Shown here: positions 18,686 through 28,707 of the stretch, one piece after another
How positions within the stretch are numbered: the first letter of the stretch is position 1
How the letters are laid out: the number at the start of each line of letters is the position of its first letter
DNA from: Myxococcales bacterium
GTDB lineage: Bacteria; Myxococcota_A; Polyangia; Fen-1088
DNA: 64,000 nucleotides
Assembly (NCBI GenBank): GCA_031398585.1
Contig: JANNNO010000415.1
Coordinates: forward strand, 1,430-65,429
Direction: 5' to 3'
Translations under genes and position numbers: made by a program
The notes under the pieces: generated by a model
Databases searched by the model: none
What the model was told of the DNA's origin: nothing
Seen by the model: the letters and a program-made list of their open reading frames with translations, nothing else

Positions 18686-19195
18686 CTACCGCGGCTTGGT
18701 CTCGGGCGTTCCGGGACGACGGTCGGCGGGCGCGCGTTCGCTCGGCCGCGCCGGACGGGGCAGGCCCGGTTTGACAGCTGAATCACGTTTGCGCGCATCG
18801 GCCATGAGCTTGCCGTCGGAAGGTTCGGCGCGTTCCACGGCAGGCGGCGGCGAGCTGGTCTTGGTGCCGGCGCCTTTGGCCTTCGGCTTTTCCGTGCCCT
18901 CGCCCTCGCCGTTCATGGCTTCCTCGGCCGCGGCGCGCGCGGCGGCCTTGGCCTGCTCGGCGCGTTTGGCCGCCTCGATGCCCACGAAGTCCGTCACCTT
19001 GCCCTTGGTACCGTCCCAGAGCTGCTGGGCTTCTTCGCTGGCGCCGATGGCGCGCAGGTGACCAAAGAGAGTCCGATCGCCGAGATCGACGGTGACGCCA
19101 AACCAGACGATCGCGGCGAACCCGAGGATCGATCCGAAGAAGGTCAGCAGACGAAACACCCCTTCGCTCTTACACCAGGCCCCCCGAACGGCCAA
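18686..19195 (-). CDS. Hypothetical membrane-anchored protein with a Lys/Ala/Glu-rich and Pro-rich tail
   Basis: 169-aa ORF with a TTG start in the track; the start is uncertain. One TM helix (FRLLTFFGSILGFAAIVWFGV). It sits between the PilZ and htrA genes on the same strand. I recognised no family motif. Confidence 0.45.
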   Translation of the reverse strand: MAVRGAWCKSEGVFRLLTFFGSILGFAAIVWFGVTVDLGDRTLFGHLRAIGASEEAQQLWDGTKGKVTDFVGIEAAKRAEQAKAAARAAAEEAMNGEGEGTEKPKAKGAGTKTSSPPPAVERAEPSDGKLMADARKRDSAVKPGLPRPARPSERAPADRRPGTPETKPR

Positions 19196-19234
19196 GTTTT
19201 GCTGGCATTGCCGCGGCGGACCGCAGGGCGCGCG

Positions 19235-19621
19235 TCAGAGCTTGCCGGTGCGAAAGTCGTCGGCTCGCAAAAGCAGATTGGTCAGGCGATCGCGGTGATC
19301 CTGATCGATGGGGTCGATGGTGCAGCCGAAGCCGGGCGGCCGTTTGCCCGGGAAACCCTCGTCGACCCGGATCACCCGCGCCCGGCAGGTGATGTTGAAG
19401 TCCGGATCGTCACCCATTCCCTCTTCCGACCCGAAGATCACCAGCTGAAGTTCGACGCCGGGACGCAGATCGGGGTACTCCGCGGGCGTCCCTTCGAGGT
19501 AAGCGCCCCCGGCCGACACGTTGCGGATAGGCAGGATGTGGATGTCCGAACCGCGCACCTGGGCCTGCGCAAAGACTTCGATGCGCGGGCTGCGGCGGCT
19601 GGCGGGATCCCCGTCCGTCAT
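19235..19621 (-). CDS. PilZ-domain protein (putative c-di-GMP receptor)
   Basis: Track ORF trimmed to ATG 19621 (MTDGDPASRRSPRIEV...). Both PilZ signature motifs are present: RRSPR (RxxxR) and NVSAGGAYL (D/NxSxxG). Confidence 0.7.
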   Translation of the reverse strand: MTDGDPASRRSPRIEVFAQAQVRGSDIHILPIRNVSAGGAYLEGTPAEYPDLRPGVELQLVIFGSEEGMGDDPDFNITCRARVIRVDEGFPGKRPPGFGCTIDPIDQDHRDRLTNLLLRADDFRTGKL

Positions 19622-19820
19622 CCCCTGATCATGAGCGCGCCGCAGGAAAAGGAAAGCCTCGGCCCTCAAGTGGGCACCAGCGTGGGCGTTCTGGCTTCAT
19701 GTCACAACGCGGCAAGGCGCCGTCCGACGCTTTCGGTTTGGCGGCGCAATTTCGCCTGCTGGAAAACCGTTGGAAACCGCGCGCGACGTAAAGTGCTCCG
19801 TTTCCGTCGCGAGCCGCACC

Positions 19821-22634
19821 ATGCACGTGAACCCCCCAACGTCGTCTCCATCCCTGGCTATCGCTTCGCCCCCCCATGAGCCCAGCGCCGAGACGCCGGT
19901 GCCCGAGCTGCCGTCGCACGCCAACCATCACGCGGCAAGGCCTAGCCTGCCCGCCGGCTTCGACGACAAGGTCAGGGACGATGTCCGGCTGCTTGGCGAC
20001 CTGCTGGGCGAAGTGCTGCGCATGCAAGAGGGCCCCGCCCTCTTCGAACTGGTGGAACAGGTGCGTGCGCTGGCCAAACGCGGACGTTCCGGCAGCACGC
20101 TCGACGCCGAGGCGCTGCGCAGCCTGCTGGCGTCCCTGCCCACGCCCGAGGCGCTGCCGCTGGCGCGCGCCTTTGCCCACTTCCTCGCGCTGACCAACAT
20201 CGCCGAACAACACCACCGCGTGCGCCGTCGCCGTGAACGCCGCCGCTTGCCCCAGGCCGAGACGCCCACGGCGGAGGCCTTCGCCCGCTTTCTCTCCTCG
20301 GGCGTGCCGGCGGATCAGCTTCACCGCACGGTCGCCTCGCTTCACGTCGAGCTCGTATTGACGGCGCACCCGACGCAGGCGATGCGACGCACGCTTTTGG
20401 AGAAACACCGCCGCATCGCCTCGCTCTTGCGCCTGCGCGACCGCACGGATCTCCTGCCCGAGGAGCAGGATCAGGCGCTCAGCGATCTGCGCCGCGAGGT
20501 GCTGGCGATCTGGCAAACCGATGAGCTGCGCCGCCGCCGCCCCACGCCGGTCGACGAGGCCTGGTCGGGCCTGGTGCTGTTCGAACAGGTGCTCTGGGAC
20601 GCCTTGCCCGAATACGTGGGCGCGCTCGACCGCGGACTGCGCGACGCCACCGGCCGTGGCCTCCCCCTCGACGCCGCGCCCTTCCGCTTCGGCTCCTGGA
20701 TGGGTGGCGATCGCGACGGCAATCCCAATGTGACCGCCCAGGTGACCGAGGAGGTCTGTCTGCTCGCGCGCTGGCAATGCGCGGATCTCTTCTTGCGAGA
20801 GGTGCGCCGTCTGCACGACGAGTTGTCGATGACCCGTGCCAGCGACGAGTTGCGCGCGCGCGTGGGCGCGGCGGCCGAGCCGTACCGCGCTCTGCTCAAG
20901 GAGGTGCTGGCCCGGCTCAGCGCCACAAGGCGCGTCTGCGAGAACGAGCTGCGCCGGGTTCGCGGCAAGCCCCACGAACCGTCGATCGCGCGCGGAGGTC
21001 ACCGGGGCGAAGCGGCCGAGGACGCCGCGCCCTACGCCGATCCGCAGGAGCTCTGGCGCCCGCTCGCGCTCTGTCATCAGTCGCTGCACGCCACCGGCGC
21101 CGGCAGCGTCGCCGACGGTCGACTGCTCGATGTCCTGCGCCGGGTGGCGGCCTTCGGGCTGTCGCTCCTGCGCCTCGATCTGCGACAGGAGGCCAGCGTT
21201 CACGCGCGCGCGCTCGATGCCGTCACGCGCGCCCTCGATCTCGGCAGTTACCTCGCCTGGAGCGAGGCCGAGCGGGTCGACTTTCTCACCCGTGAGCTCG
21301 AGTCGCCGCGGCCGCTGTTGCCCCGTCGCCTGCCCGACGATCCCGCGCTGGCCGAGATCCTCGATACCCTCACCGTCTGCGCGCGGCAGCCGCAGGGCAG
21401 CCTCGGCGCCTACGTCATCTCGATGGCCAGCGCGCCAAGTGATGTTCTGGCCGTGCATCTGTTCCAGCGGGAAGCTGGCCTCGTCACGCCCCTGCGGGTG
21501 GTACCGCTGTTCGAGACGCTCGCCGATCTCGACCGTGCCGGCGACGTCGTCTCGCGCCTGCTCGACGTGCCCTGGTACCGGTCCACCACCGCCGGCCATC
21601 AAGAGGTGATGATCGGGTACTCCGATTCCACCAAGGACGCGGGCCGCCTGGCCGCCGCCTGGGGCCTCTTCCGAGCGCAGGAGGACGTGGTCGCCGCGTG
21701 CCAGAGCCGCGGTGTTCGCCTCACATTGTTTCACGGCCGCGGCGGAACCATCGGCCGCGGCGGCGGGCCGATTCACCTCGCCATCCTTTCGCAACCGCCC
21801 GGGTCGGTCGACGGCGGCCTGCGCGTGACCGTGCAGGGCGAGATGGTGGAAGCCTCGTTCGGTCTGCACGATGTCGCGGTCGAGAGCTTCGAGCTTTACG
21901 CCAACGCCACCTTGGAAGCGACGCTGCTTCCGCCGGCTGGGCCCAGCGCCGAGCACCGGGCGATGATGGACCGCCTGGCCGCGCTGGCCGCGAGTGCGTA
22001 CCGGCGCGTGGTCCAGGGCAACCCGACGTTCTTGCGCTACTTCCAGACCGCCACACCCGAGCAGGAGCTGGGACGCCTCAACATCGGCAGCCGCCCCGCG
22101 CGACGACGGGCCGGGGTCGCCGATCTCGGCAGCCTGCGCGCGATCCCCTGGATTTTCGCCTGGACGCAAACGCGGCTCAACCTGCCCGCGTGGCTCGGCG
22201 TCGGCGAAGCGCTCACGACGATGTTCGAAGAGGGGCGCACGGTCGAGGTGCAGAAGCTGGCGCAGGAGTGGCCCTTCTTCCGATCCCTGCTCGATCTGTT
22301 CGAGATGGTTCTCGCCAAGGCCGATCCCGACATTGCGTCCTATTACGATCGTCTGCTGGTGCCCGATGATCTGAGGCCGCTCGGGCAAGAGCTGCGCGCC
22401 AGCTGCCAAAGGACCATGCAGGCCGTGCTGCGGGCCAAACGCGAATCGTTGCTGCTCGACGCCGATCCCGAGCTGCGCCGGACGATCGATCTGCGCAACC
22501 CTTACGTCGATCCGTTGAACCTGCTGCAGGCCGAGCTGCTGCGACGGTCGCGCGAAGGCGATGACGCCAGCATCGCGGATGCGCTGTTGATCACGGTCAA
22601 CGGCATCGCCGCGGGCATGCGCAACACCGGCTGA
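19821..22634 (+). CDS. ppc: Phosphoenolpyruvate carboxylase
   Basis: VLTAHPTQAMRRT, GSWMGGDRDGNP, VMIGYSDSTKDAG, FHGRGGTIGRGGGP, and a C-terminal ...GIAAGMRNTG. ATG 19821 (MHVNPP...) is preferred over track start 19770; the N-terminal extension is uncertain. Confidence 0.95.
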   Translation: MHVNPPTSSPSLAIASPPHEPSAETPVPELPSHANHHAARPSLPAGFDDKVRDDVRLLGDLLGEVLRMQEGPALFELVEQVRALAKRGRSGSTLDAEALRSLLASLPTPEALPLARAFAHFLALTNIAEQHHRVRRRRERRRLPQAETPTAEAFARFLSSGVPADQLHRTVASLHVELVLTAHPTQAMRRTLLEKHRRIASLLRLRDRTDLLPEEQDQALSDLRREVLAIWQTDELRRRRPTPVDEAWSGLVLFEQVLWDALPEYVGALDRGLRDATGRGLPLDAAPFRFGSWMGGDRDGNPNVTAQVTEEVCLLARWQCADLFLREVRRLHDELSMTRASDELRARVGAAAEPYRALLKEVLARLSATRRVCENELRRVRGKPHEPSIARGGHRGEAAEDAAPYADPQELWRPLALCHQSLHATGAGSVADGRLLDVLRRVAAFGLSLLRLDLRQEASVHARALDAVTRALDLGSYLAWSEAERVDFLTRELESPRPLLPRRLPDDPALAEILDTLTVCARQPQGSLGAYVISMASAPSDVLAVHLFQREAGLVTPLRVVPLFETLADLDRAGDVVSRLLDVPWYRSTTAGHQEVMIGYSDSTKDAGRLAAAWGLFRAQEDVVAACQSRGVRLTLFHGRGGTIGRGGGPIHLAILSQPPGSVDGGLRVTVQGEMVEASFGLHDVAVESFELYANATLEATLLPPAGPSAEHRAMMDRLAALAASAYRRVVQGNPTFLRYFQTATPEQELGRLNIGSRPARRRAGVADLGSLRAIPWIFAWTQTRLNLPAWLGVGEALTTMFEEGRTVEVQKLAQEWPFFRSLLDLFEMVLAKADPDIASYYDRLLVPDDLRPLGQELRASCQRTMQAVLRAKRESLLLDADPELRRTIDLRNPYVDPLNLLQAELLRRSREGDDASIADALLITVNGIAAGMRNTG

Positions 22635-22640
22635 GCGGCC

Positions 22641-24215
22641 TCACGGGTCGTACAGCTTGTCGACGTAGCGACGCAAGAGTTCGGCGACTGCGCCTCGCAC
22701 CGGGAACGATCCAGCCATGCCGTAGACCGGTGCCATGCCGGTGCCGGTCGCCTTGGTCGCGCCCACCTCTTTCACGGAGGCGGCGAGATCCGCGGCGAAG
22801 CGTTCCACCACGCCCGGCTCGGTCTGGCGCAAAGTGATGCAGATATGGATGGCCGCCGGTCGCTGCAGCCCGTTGAGGCTCCAGCCCTTGCCGTTCATCA
22901 CGTCGAGCACGCGGTAGATGTCGAGCTCCTCGGAGACAGAGGCAAAGGCGATCACCCACAACGGATCGCCGAGCACGCGCAACCCGGGAGTGCCCGCCAC
23001 GATCTCACGCACGCGTTTGGCGGTGGCGAGGATCTTGGCGACGGCGTCGCGATAGCCCGTCTGCCCCATCGTGACCATCGCGGCCCAGCAGGTCGCCGAG
23101 AGCGCGCCCGGTCGACTGCCGGCAAAAGTCGGAGAAAAATACAGGCCGCCCGGCCAATCGGTGGTGACGAAGTACTGCTGCCGGCGCAGCTCGGCCCCGC
23201 GATAGAGCACGACGCTGGCACCTTTGGCGGCGTAGCCGTACTTGTGAGGGTCGGCCGACATCGACGTGACGCCGGGCAGACGAAAGTCGAAGGGCGGCAC
23301 GGGGTAGCCGAGCTGCTCGGCGAAGGGCAAGACGAAGCCACCGAGACACGCGTCGACGTGCAGCCCCACGCCACGCTCTTGCGCCAGCGCTGAAAGCTCA
23401 GGGATCGGATCGACCACGCCGTGAGGGAAACCCGGCGCGGATCCGACCAGTGCCACGGTTCGCCTGGTCATCGCCTTTCGCATCGCCGCTACGTCCGCGC
23501 GAAAATCGGGGCCGACCGGCACGCTGACGACATCGAGATCAAAGATGTCGGCAGCCTTGCTGAACGCCGCGTGCGCGCTGTCAGGAACGATCACCTGCGG
23601 CCTTGCGATGCCCCGCACGCGGCGGCCGTGATCGCGATAGGCCTTCATCGCCAGCAAGATGCTCTCGCTGCCGCCCGAGGTGACCGAGCCCGAGACTTCC
23701 TCGGCAGAGATCGTCGCGGGACCTGCCGCGCCTTCTCCAACCGCGCGCTCGGCAACGGCCTCGCCCCGGGGTCGCCCGTTCAGCATGCGTGCGGTCATCG
23801 CGATGATCTCGGCTTCGAACTTCGCGATCGAGGGCCAGAGATCGCCGTGCAGCGGGTTGCTCTGCGACTGCGCGGCGTAGACACGGTTGAGAAATTCGAT
23901 GTGGGCAGGATCGCCGTGATAGACGGAGCCCGACGCGTAACCCGACTGCCACCGCGGCCGCTCGCGTTCGGCCAGCGACTCGATGAACGCCAGCACCTCC
24001 GCGCGGTCGCGTCCCTCACCGGGCAGGGCGGTCAGGCTGGGCAGCGAACCGGCGTAGGGACGCAGCCCGTGGCTCGCACCTTCCAGCATCGTCGCGTATT
24101 CCGCTTCCAGGCGGGCGCGCACCGCCGGCAGCCGCTGTCCCTTGCGGAAGAGCCAATCGACGAGGCGCGGGCTCAACCAGCGCAAGAGGCGTTCGATCCG
24201 CGGCGGCAGCATCAT
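22641..24215 (-). CDS. PLP-dependent group II decarboxylase-fold enzyme, sphingosine-1-phosphate-lyase-like
   Basis: 524 aa. ...[12 protein letters not shown]...[22 protein letters not shown]...[15 protein letters not shown]... The PLP-lysine block [22 protein letters not shown] closely resembles the eukaryotic SPL block (S.SADTHKYGFAPKGSS.VLY, from memory). Confidence 0.8.
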   Translation of the reverse strand: MMLPPRIERLLRWLSPRLVDWLFRKGQRLPAVRARLEAEYATMLEGASHGLRPYAGSLPSLTALPGEGRDRAEVLAFIESLAERERPRWQSGYASGSVYHGDPAHIEFLNRVYAAQSQSNPLHGDLWPSIAKFEAEIIAMTARMLNGRPRGEAVAERAVGEGAAGPATISAEEVSGSVTSGGSESILLAMKAYRDHGRRVRGIARPQVIVPDSAHAAFSKAADIFDLDVVSVPVGPDFRADVAAMRKAMTRRTVALVGSAPGFPHGVVDPIPELSALAQERGVGLHVDACLGGFVLPFAEQLGYPVPPFDFRLPGVTSMSADPHKYGYAAKGASVVLYRGAELRRQQYFVTTDWPGGLYFSPTFAGSRPGALSATCWAAMVTMGQTGYRDAVAKILATAKRVREIVAGTPGLRVLGDPLWVIAFASVSEELDIYRVLDVMNGKGWSLNGLQRPAAIHICITLRQTEPGVVERFAADLAASVKEVGATKATGTGMAPVYGMAGSFPVRGAVAELLRRYVDKLYDP

Positions 24216-24245
24216 GGCGCTTCACTTTACGCGACGGCGCACCCG

Positions 24246-25826
24246 TCACGCCGGGTTGGGGCGGTTGAGCCGCGCGAAGATGCCATGAGTCGCTTTGTGC
24301 AGGCGCCCAAAGGCATCGTAGAGCTCGTCGTAGACCGCGCGTGTTTCCGTGCGCGGCAAAAAGCGTTGGGAGATGGCCACGATGTCCGCGAGATCGTCGG
24401 CCGCCAGTCGCCCGAGGCCGATGAGGCCGATGAGGCCTGCGCCGCGCAGGTTGGCGAGCATCGGTTCTGCCACCCGCGCGATCGGACGATCGAGCACGTC
24501 GGCGTAGATCTGGCACCAGAGATCCGAACGCGCCCCGCCGCCGATGAAACGCAGCTCGGGCACCGGACCGCCCGCGTGTTTCTCCACGTGCCCCAGCAGC
24601 CAACGGCTGTTGAAAGCAACCCCCTCGAGCACGGCGCGAACGAGCTCGCCACGTGTGGTGCCGAGCTGATAGTTGAAAAATCCCCCGCGCAGGTGCGGAT
24701 CCTCGACCGGCGTGCGCTCGCCGTAGAGCCAGGGCAGGAAGATCAATTTGCGGCTGCCGGGTGCAGCCTCGGCGGCGATCGCGTCGAAGCGACGATAGGC
24801 ATCGGCTGGAGCTGCTGCCGTGCCGAGTTCGTCCTGCCCGTAAAAGAGATGATCGCGCAGCTGCGAAAGACACGCGCCCGCGCTCTCCTGTTCGTTGAGC
24901 AAGAGGTAGCGGCCCGGGATGGCCGCCGGCAAGGCCGCCATGTTGTGCAGGACATCGGTCAGCTTCTGCGGAACGTGGCAGGTGATCCACGACGACGTCC
25001 CGACGTAGAGGTGAGGCACGAAGTTGCGTGTGGTGCCCGCGCCGACCGCCGCCGCGTGCACGTCGGGACTGCCGCCCACGACGACGACATCGCTGCGCAA
25101 ACCCCAGCGTTCAGCGAGGGAAGGCAACAAGCGACCGATGACGTCGGTCGAGGCACAGAGATCGGGAAGCTTGTCGCGCGGGATGCCGGCGAGACGAATC
25201 AGGCCATCGTCGTAGCGGATGGCGCGGGGATCGCGGTTGTCGGTCACCCAGTGCAGCGCGATGGAATCGAAGGTCGAGACCATCCGCCCCGTGAGCCGCG
25301 CGTTGAGATAATCCTTGGGCTCGAGAAACTTGGCCGCGCGGTCGAAGAGCTCAGGCTGCTCGTGCCGCAGGTAATGGATGTGGGCCAGCGGATCCTTGCC
25401 CGAATGCGTGGGCGCCCCACCGGTGAGGCGAATCCAGCGCGCCGCCTTCCAGGGCGCGTAGCCCATCACCGTGACGGCGCCGCCGGTGATGCCGGGCAGA
25501 TGGCGCGCGCCCCGCGAATCCATCCAGGTGATCGCGTTGCCGATCGCCTGTCCGGTCTCGTCGACCGCGACGGTACCCGACCACTGCGCGGTCACGCTCA
25601 CCGCCGCGATGGCGTCCCGGGGAACGGCAGCGACCGCCAGCGTGCGCTGGGCGGCCCGATCGATGGCTTGCCACCAGTCGTCGGGCCGCTGCTCAGCCCC
25701 TCCGCCCGGCAACAGAATCTGCTCCACCGGCTCGAACGAGCTGGCGCGCACGGACCCGTCGGTGCCCACGATCCCGGCCTTGGCGCCGGAGGTGCCAAGG
25801 TCGAAAGCGAGGACGTGGTCGCTCAC
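24246..25826 (-). CDS. FGGY-family carbohydrate kinase (xylulokinase/glycerol-kinase-like)
   Basis: [20 protein letters not shown] (N-terminal ATPase phosphate-1 motif), ...WMDSRG..., and the C-terminal FGGY block ...[21 protein letters not shown]. Confidence 0.85.
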   Translation of the reverse strand: MSDHVLAFDLGTSGAKAGIVGTDGSVRASSFEPVEQILLPGGGAEQRPDDWWQAIDRAAQRTLAVAAVPRDAIAAVSVTAQWSGTVAVDETGQAIGNAITWMDSRGARHLPGITGGAVTVMGYAPWKAARWIRLTGGAPTHSGKDPLAHIHYLRHEQPELFDRAAKFLEPKDYLNARLTGRMVSTFDSIALHWVTDNRDPRAIRYDDGLIRLAGIPRDKLPDLCASTDVIGRLLPSLAERWGLRSDVVVVGGSPDVHAAAVGAGTTRNFVPHLYVGTSSWITCHVPQKLTDVLHNMAALPAAIPGRYLLLNEQESAGACLSQLRDHLFYGQDELGTAAAPADAYRRFDAIAAEAAPGSRKLIFLPWLYGERTPVEDPHLRGGFFNYQLGTTRGELVRAVLEGVAFNSRWLLGHVEKHAGGPVPELRFIGGGARSDLWCQIYADVLDRPIARVAEPMLANLRGAGLIGLIGLGRLAADDLADIVAISQRFLPRTETRAVYDELYDAFGRLHKATHGIFARLNRPNPA

Positions 25827-26293
25827 TCGAACATCTGTTGCGCGAGGTACTGCGGCTCACCCACCTGGGTGATGAGCGACAGCTGAGCCTCGAGCCAGTC
25901 GACGTGCTCTTCCTCGGAGACGAGGATCTTCTCGAGCAGCTCGCGGCTGCCGTTGTCGCCGAGGCCGCGGCACAGCTCGATGTAGCCGTTGAGCTTGCCG
26001 ATGGCGATGCGTTCGACCTCGAGATCGAGCCGCAGCTGTTCGTGCACGGTCTGACCGATGGTCAGCTTGCCGAGGCGCTGCAGATTGGGAAGGCCTTCGA
26101 GATAGAGAATCCGGCCGATGAGGATATCGGCGTGCTTCATCTCGTCGATGGACTCCGCGCGGATCTTGGCGCCGATGCGCTTGTATCCCCAGTTCTCGCA
26201 CATACGCGCGTGCAAGAAGTACTGGTTCACCGCTGTGAGCTCGCCTGTGAGGATGTCGTTCAATGCGTCGATAACTTCGCTTTTGCCCTTCAT
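25823..26293 (-). CDS. bfr: Bacterioferritin
   Basis: Track ORF trimmed to ATG 26293. [37 protein letters not shown]...EMKHAD...EEEHVDWLE, with ferroxidase ligands and a heme-Met context. 157 aa. The stop overlaps the FGGY kinase start (ATGA). Confidence 0.95.
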   Translation of the reverse strand: MKGKSEVIDALNDILTGELTAVNQYFLHARMCENWGYKRIGAKIRAESIDEMKHADILIGRILYLEGLPNLQRLGKLTIGQTVHEQLRLDLEVERIAIGKLNGYIELCRGLGDNGSRELLEKILVSEEEHVDWLEAQLSLITQVGEPQYLAQQMFE

Positions 26294-26549
26294 ATCTCGG
26301 CCCTTTCCGTGCCTGCGCGTCATCTTACGCCGGGCACAACGACGACGACAGACCGAGTTTGGACCGGGCGATCGAACAGGGCCTCGAATCGAATTTGGGT
26401 CCGCCGCCTCCCGGGTGAGGAGCCTCAAGTCCGCACCTGTCAACGGGTTGTCGGGGGTGCCACCTCGGGCCGGTCGCGGCGTCCGCCGGAGATCCTGGCG
26501 GTGGCGTTGACGACCCTGTTTTCGCGTGGTAACTCATGAGACCCGTGTT

Positions 26550-26568
26550 GAGAGTGATTATCAATATC
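26550..26568. promoter_or_regulatory. Candidate Fur box in the bfr/bfd divergent intergenic region
   Basis: gagagtgattatcaatatc matches the classical 19-bp Fur consensus GATAATGATAATCATTATC at 15/19 positions (hand alignment). It is an AT-rich island in ~70% GC DNA, 117 nt upstream of bfd. Confidence 0.4.
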
Positions 26569-26684
26569 GCTCGCTGCGAAAAACGCGCTGCGTGTTTCGT
26601 CCCTTCGCTCACGACGCAGGAGGCCGCCGTTTCCGGCGCCTCGGCGAGATGCCTGCCCGCGGCTGACGGAGGCCGCGCAGCGCC

Positions 26685-26936
26685 ATGATCATCTGCGTCT
26701 GTCACGGCGTCTGCGACAAGGAGCTGACCGCCGTCATCGCCTCGGGCGCCGACAGCGTCGAGAAGGTCGAGCGGCAATGCGGGGCCGGCGGCGACTGCGG
26801 CACGTGTCGCCCCGACATCGAACGCCTCATCGAGCTCAAATCCTTCGGACCCGTCGCGCTCGGCCGGGCGACGCCCGCTTCGGGCACCACCGCCGTCAGC
26901 TGCTTTTTGGCGCGCGCCGAATCCGGCGATCTCTAA
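26685..26936 (+). CDS. bfd: Bacterioferritin-associated ferredoxin (BFD-like [2Fe-2S] domain)
   Basis: MIICVCHGVCDKEL...QCGAGGDCGTCRPDIERLI has the four-Cys BFD pattern (CxC...CxxC). The gene is divergent from bfr. Confidence 0.85.
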   Translation: MIICVCHGVCDKELTAVIASGADSVEKVERQCGAGGDCGTCRPDIERLIELKSFGPVALGRATPASGTTAVSCFLARAESGDL

Positions 26937-26960
26937 GCGCGCCTCGCGACCCGGTCGCTA

Positions 26961-27401
26961 TCAGGTCGCGCGTTTGATCTGCGGGCGATCCGGCGGCGGC
27001 AGCGGCGTCTCGTCTTCCGTCATCTTTTCGGTCATCGCCAACCGCTTGCGCGTCTCGGCCAGTATGGAAAAGGGCTTGTAGACGACCTGGTCGGGCACGT
27101 CGGTCACGAACGCCGCCGAGCGTGGTGTGAACGCGCCGCCGGTCATGAAGACCAGCTTTCGCAGCTTCTGCGGGGCTGTCGCGCGGACCTCGTCGTAGAT
27201 GTCCATGCCCGTCAGCTCGCGCATCATGAGATCGCAGTAGACGAGATCGATCCCTTCGTCCTCGAGCACCAGCTGCAGCGCTGCCTCGGCATCATTGACG
27301 ACGTCGACGTCGAACTCCGACCGCAACGTATTGACGAAGACCCCCGTCACCAGCTCGTCATCATCGATGATGAGCACACGCTTGCGCCCCAGTGCCGCCA
27401 T
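26961..27401 (-). CDS. Stand-alone response-regulator receiver (CheY-like) with a short C-terminal extension
   Basis: Trimmed to ATG 27401 (MAALGRKRVLIIDDDE...). Acidic pocket DDD, phospho-acceptor context DLVYCDLMM, and VFMTGG and VYKPF (conserved T and K). No output domain. Confidence 0.85.
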   Translation of the reverse strand: MAALGRKRVLIIDDDELVTGVFVNTLRSEFDVDVVNDAEAALQLVLEDEGIDLVYCDLMMRELTGMDIYDEVRATAPQKLRKLVFMTGGAFTPRSAAFVTDVPDQVVYKPFSILAETRKRLAMTEKMTEDETPLPPPDRPQIKRAT

Positions 27402-27559
27402 GTTCACCCTCCACGCTCGTGGTTGACAGCCGCCGCCCGCGAGCCCCGCCGGTCCCCGAACTATCGGTCCGCCCACCCTTTGTTACAAGCCTGAGACGAA
27501 CCTGAGCCCGAGCCGCAACCCGCCAATCTCGTGACACGTCGCCGAGCAACGACGACGGG

Positions 27560-28612
27560 TCAGGGGTTGGCAGGCGGCGTCGCAGGCGCGGCGGGCGTAC
27601 CGGCGCGCGCCGGCAAAGTCGGCAGCGGTCGCTTCTCCACCGCATGGTCGACCGCGGGCACGGTGCGCAGGTACGCATGGATCGCCCCGAGATCTGCCTC
27701 GGTCATCTTGGCCCGGGTGAGCCACGGCATGTTGGTGAAGGCCTCGGGCTTCACCTCGGGTAGATCGCCGGGCGCGATGTCGAAGGCTTTGAACAGGCCG
27801 ACGAAGGCCGCCTCGTCGCGCGCGCCGATGCCGGTGGCGTGCGGGGTGATGTTCGCGGAACGGAGCACGCCGCCGGGGCCCTTGAACTCATGCCCGCCAG
27901 CGAAGAGTCGCCCCGCAATGGGCTGGTGCTTGCCGTCGACCGGCGTGTGGCAGAACTCGCAGCCCGAGACTTTGCTGAGGTACTTGCCGTACGCGATTCG
28001 GTCGCTCGGCGCAGGAGCCGTGACGACACCCTCGACGGGCCTCGGCGCCATCTTCACGAAGAAGCTGACGGGAAAGTCGATCTGACTGTCGGCCACGGCG
28101 TTGCGGGCGGGCGGCAGGCCGCGCAGGTAAGCGATCACGGCGTTGAGGTCTTCATCGCCGAGAGCGCGGTACTCGGTGTACGGCATCATGGGAAAGAGCC
28201 CCTTGCCGTCCTTGTCGATCCCTTCGCGGATCGCGCGCATGATCTCGCCGTCGGTCCAGCGGCCGATGCCGGTCTCGGGATCGGGCGTGATGTTGGGCGA
28301 ACAGACCCGGCCGGGCGCCCCGCCTTCTTTGCCGAGACATTCGCCGCCGCCACCTGCGGGGCCGACCGCTGGGCCAGCGAAGCGGGTGAGGTCATGGTTG
28401 GAGTGACAGTCCATGCAGCCAAGCACGTGCTCGACCAGGTAGCGCCCGCGTTCGATCCGTTCGGGCGTGCGCTCGACCACCGCGGTCGAAGCCGCGCGCG
28501 CCTTCGGCTTGAAGGTCGCCACGAAGACCGCCAGCCCCGCCACGACAAGACCGACGAACAGCGCTGCGAACTTCAGGACCCTGCGTGCGTTGGGCATGCC
28601 CTCCCTTCGCAT
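27560..28612 (-). CDS. Membrane-anchored/secreted di-heme c-type cytochrome
   Basis: 350-aa ORF. N-terminal hydrophobic anchor FAALFVGLVVAGLAVFVATF. Two CxxCH motifs (GCMDCHS, GCEFCHT), each followed by Met-containing cytochrome-c-like segments (PMMPY, NMPW). Confidence 0.8.
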   Translation of the reverse strand: MRREGMPNARRVLKFAALFVGLVVAGLAVFVATFKPKARAASTAVVERTPERIERGRYLVEHVLGCMDCHSNHDLTRFAGPAVGPAGGGGECLGKEGGAPGRVCSPNITPDPETGIGRWTDGEIMRAIREGIDKDGKGLFPMMPYTEYRALGDEDLNAVIAYLRGLPPARNAVADSQIDFPVSFFVKMAPRPVEGVVTAPAPSDRIAYGKYLSKVSGCEFCHTPVDGKHQPIAGRLFAGGHEFKGPGGVLRSANITPHATGIGARDEAAFVGLFKAFDIAPGDLPEVKPEAFTNMPWLTRAKMTEADLGAIHAYLRTVPAVDHAVEKRPLPTLPARAGTPAAPATPPANP

Positions 28613-28707
28613 GTCAGCCCCCGCCGCCGCAAGAAAAACCTACCCACACAACGCAAGGTGGAATACCGACTTGCCACCACAGAAACCCACCTGCGCGTCG
28701 ATACGGC

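Noticed and set aside
19629-22409. 926-aa ORF antisense to ppc
   Set aside because: Typical GC-rich shadow ORF: Arg/Ala/Gly-rich, with no motifs. The plus-strand frame carries all the PEP carboxylase signatures.
23421-25886. 821-aa plus-strand ORF opposite the SPL-like and FGGY kinase genes. The same class includes 43077-44894 (opposite groEL), 6940-8772, 38397-39770, 41037-42332, 52899-54452, 56653-58002, 58827-60008, 31103-32956 and 62124-62951
   Set aside because: All are antisense or out-of-frame shadows of genes with strong motifs. Their composition is dominated by Arg/Gly/Ala/Asp/His, as expected from reading GC-rich codons in the wrong frame.
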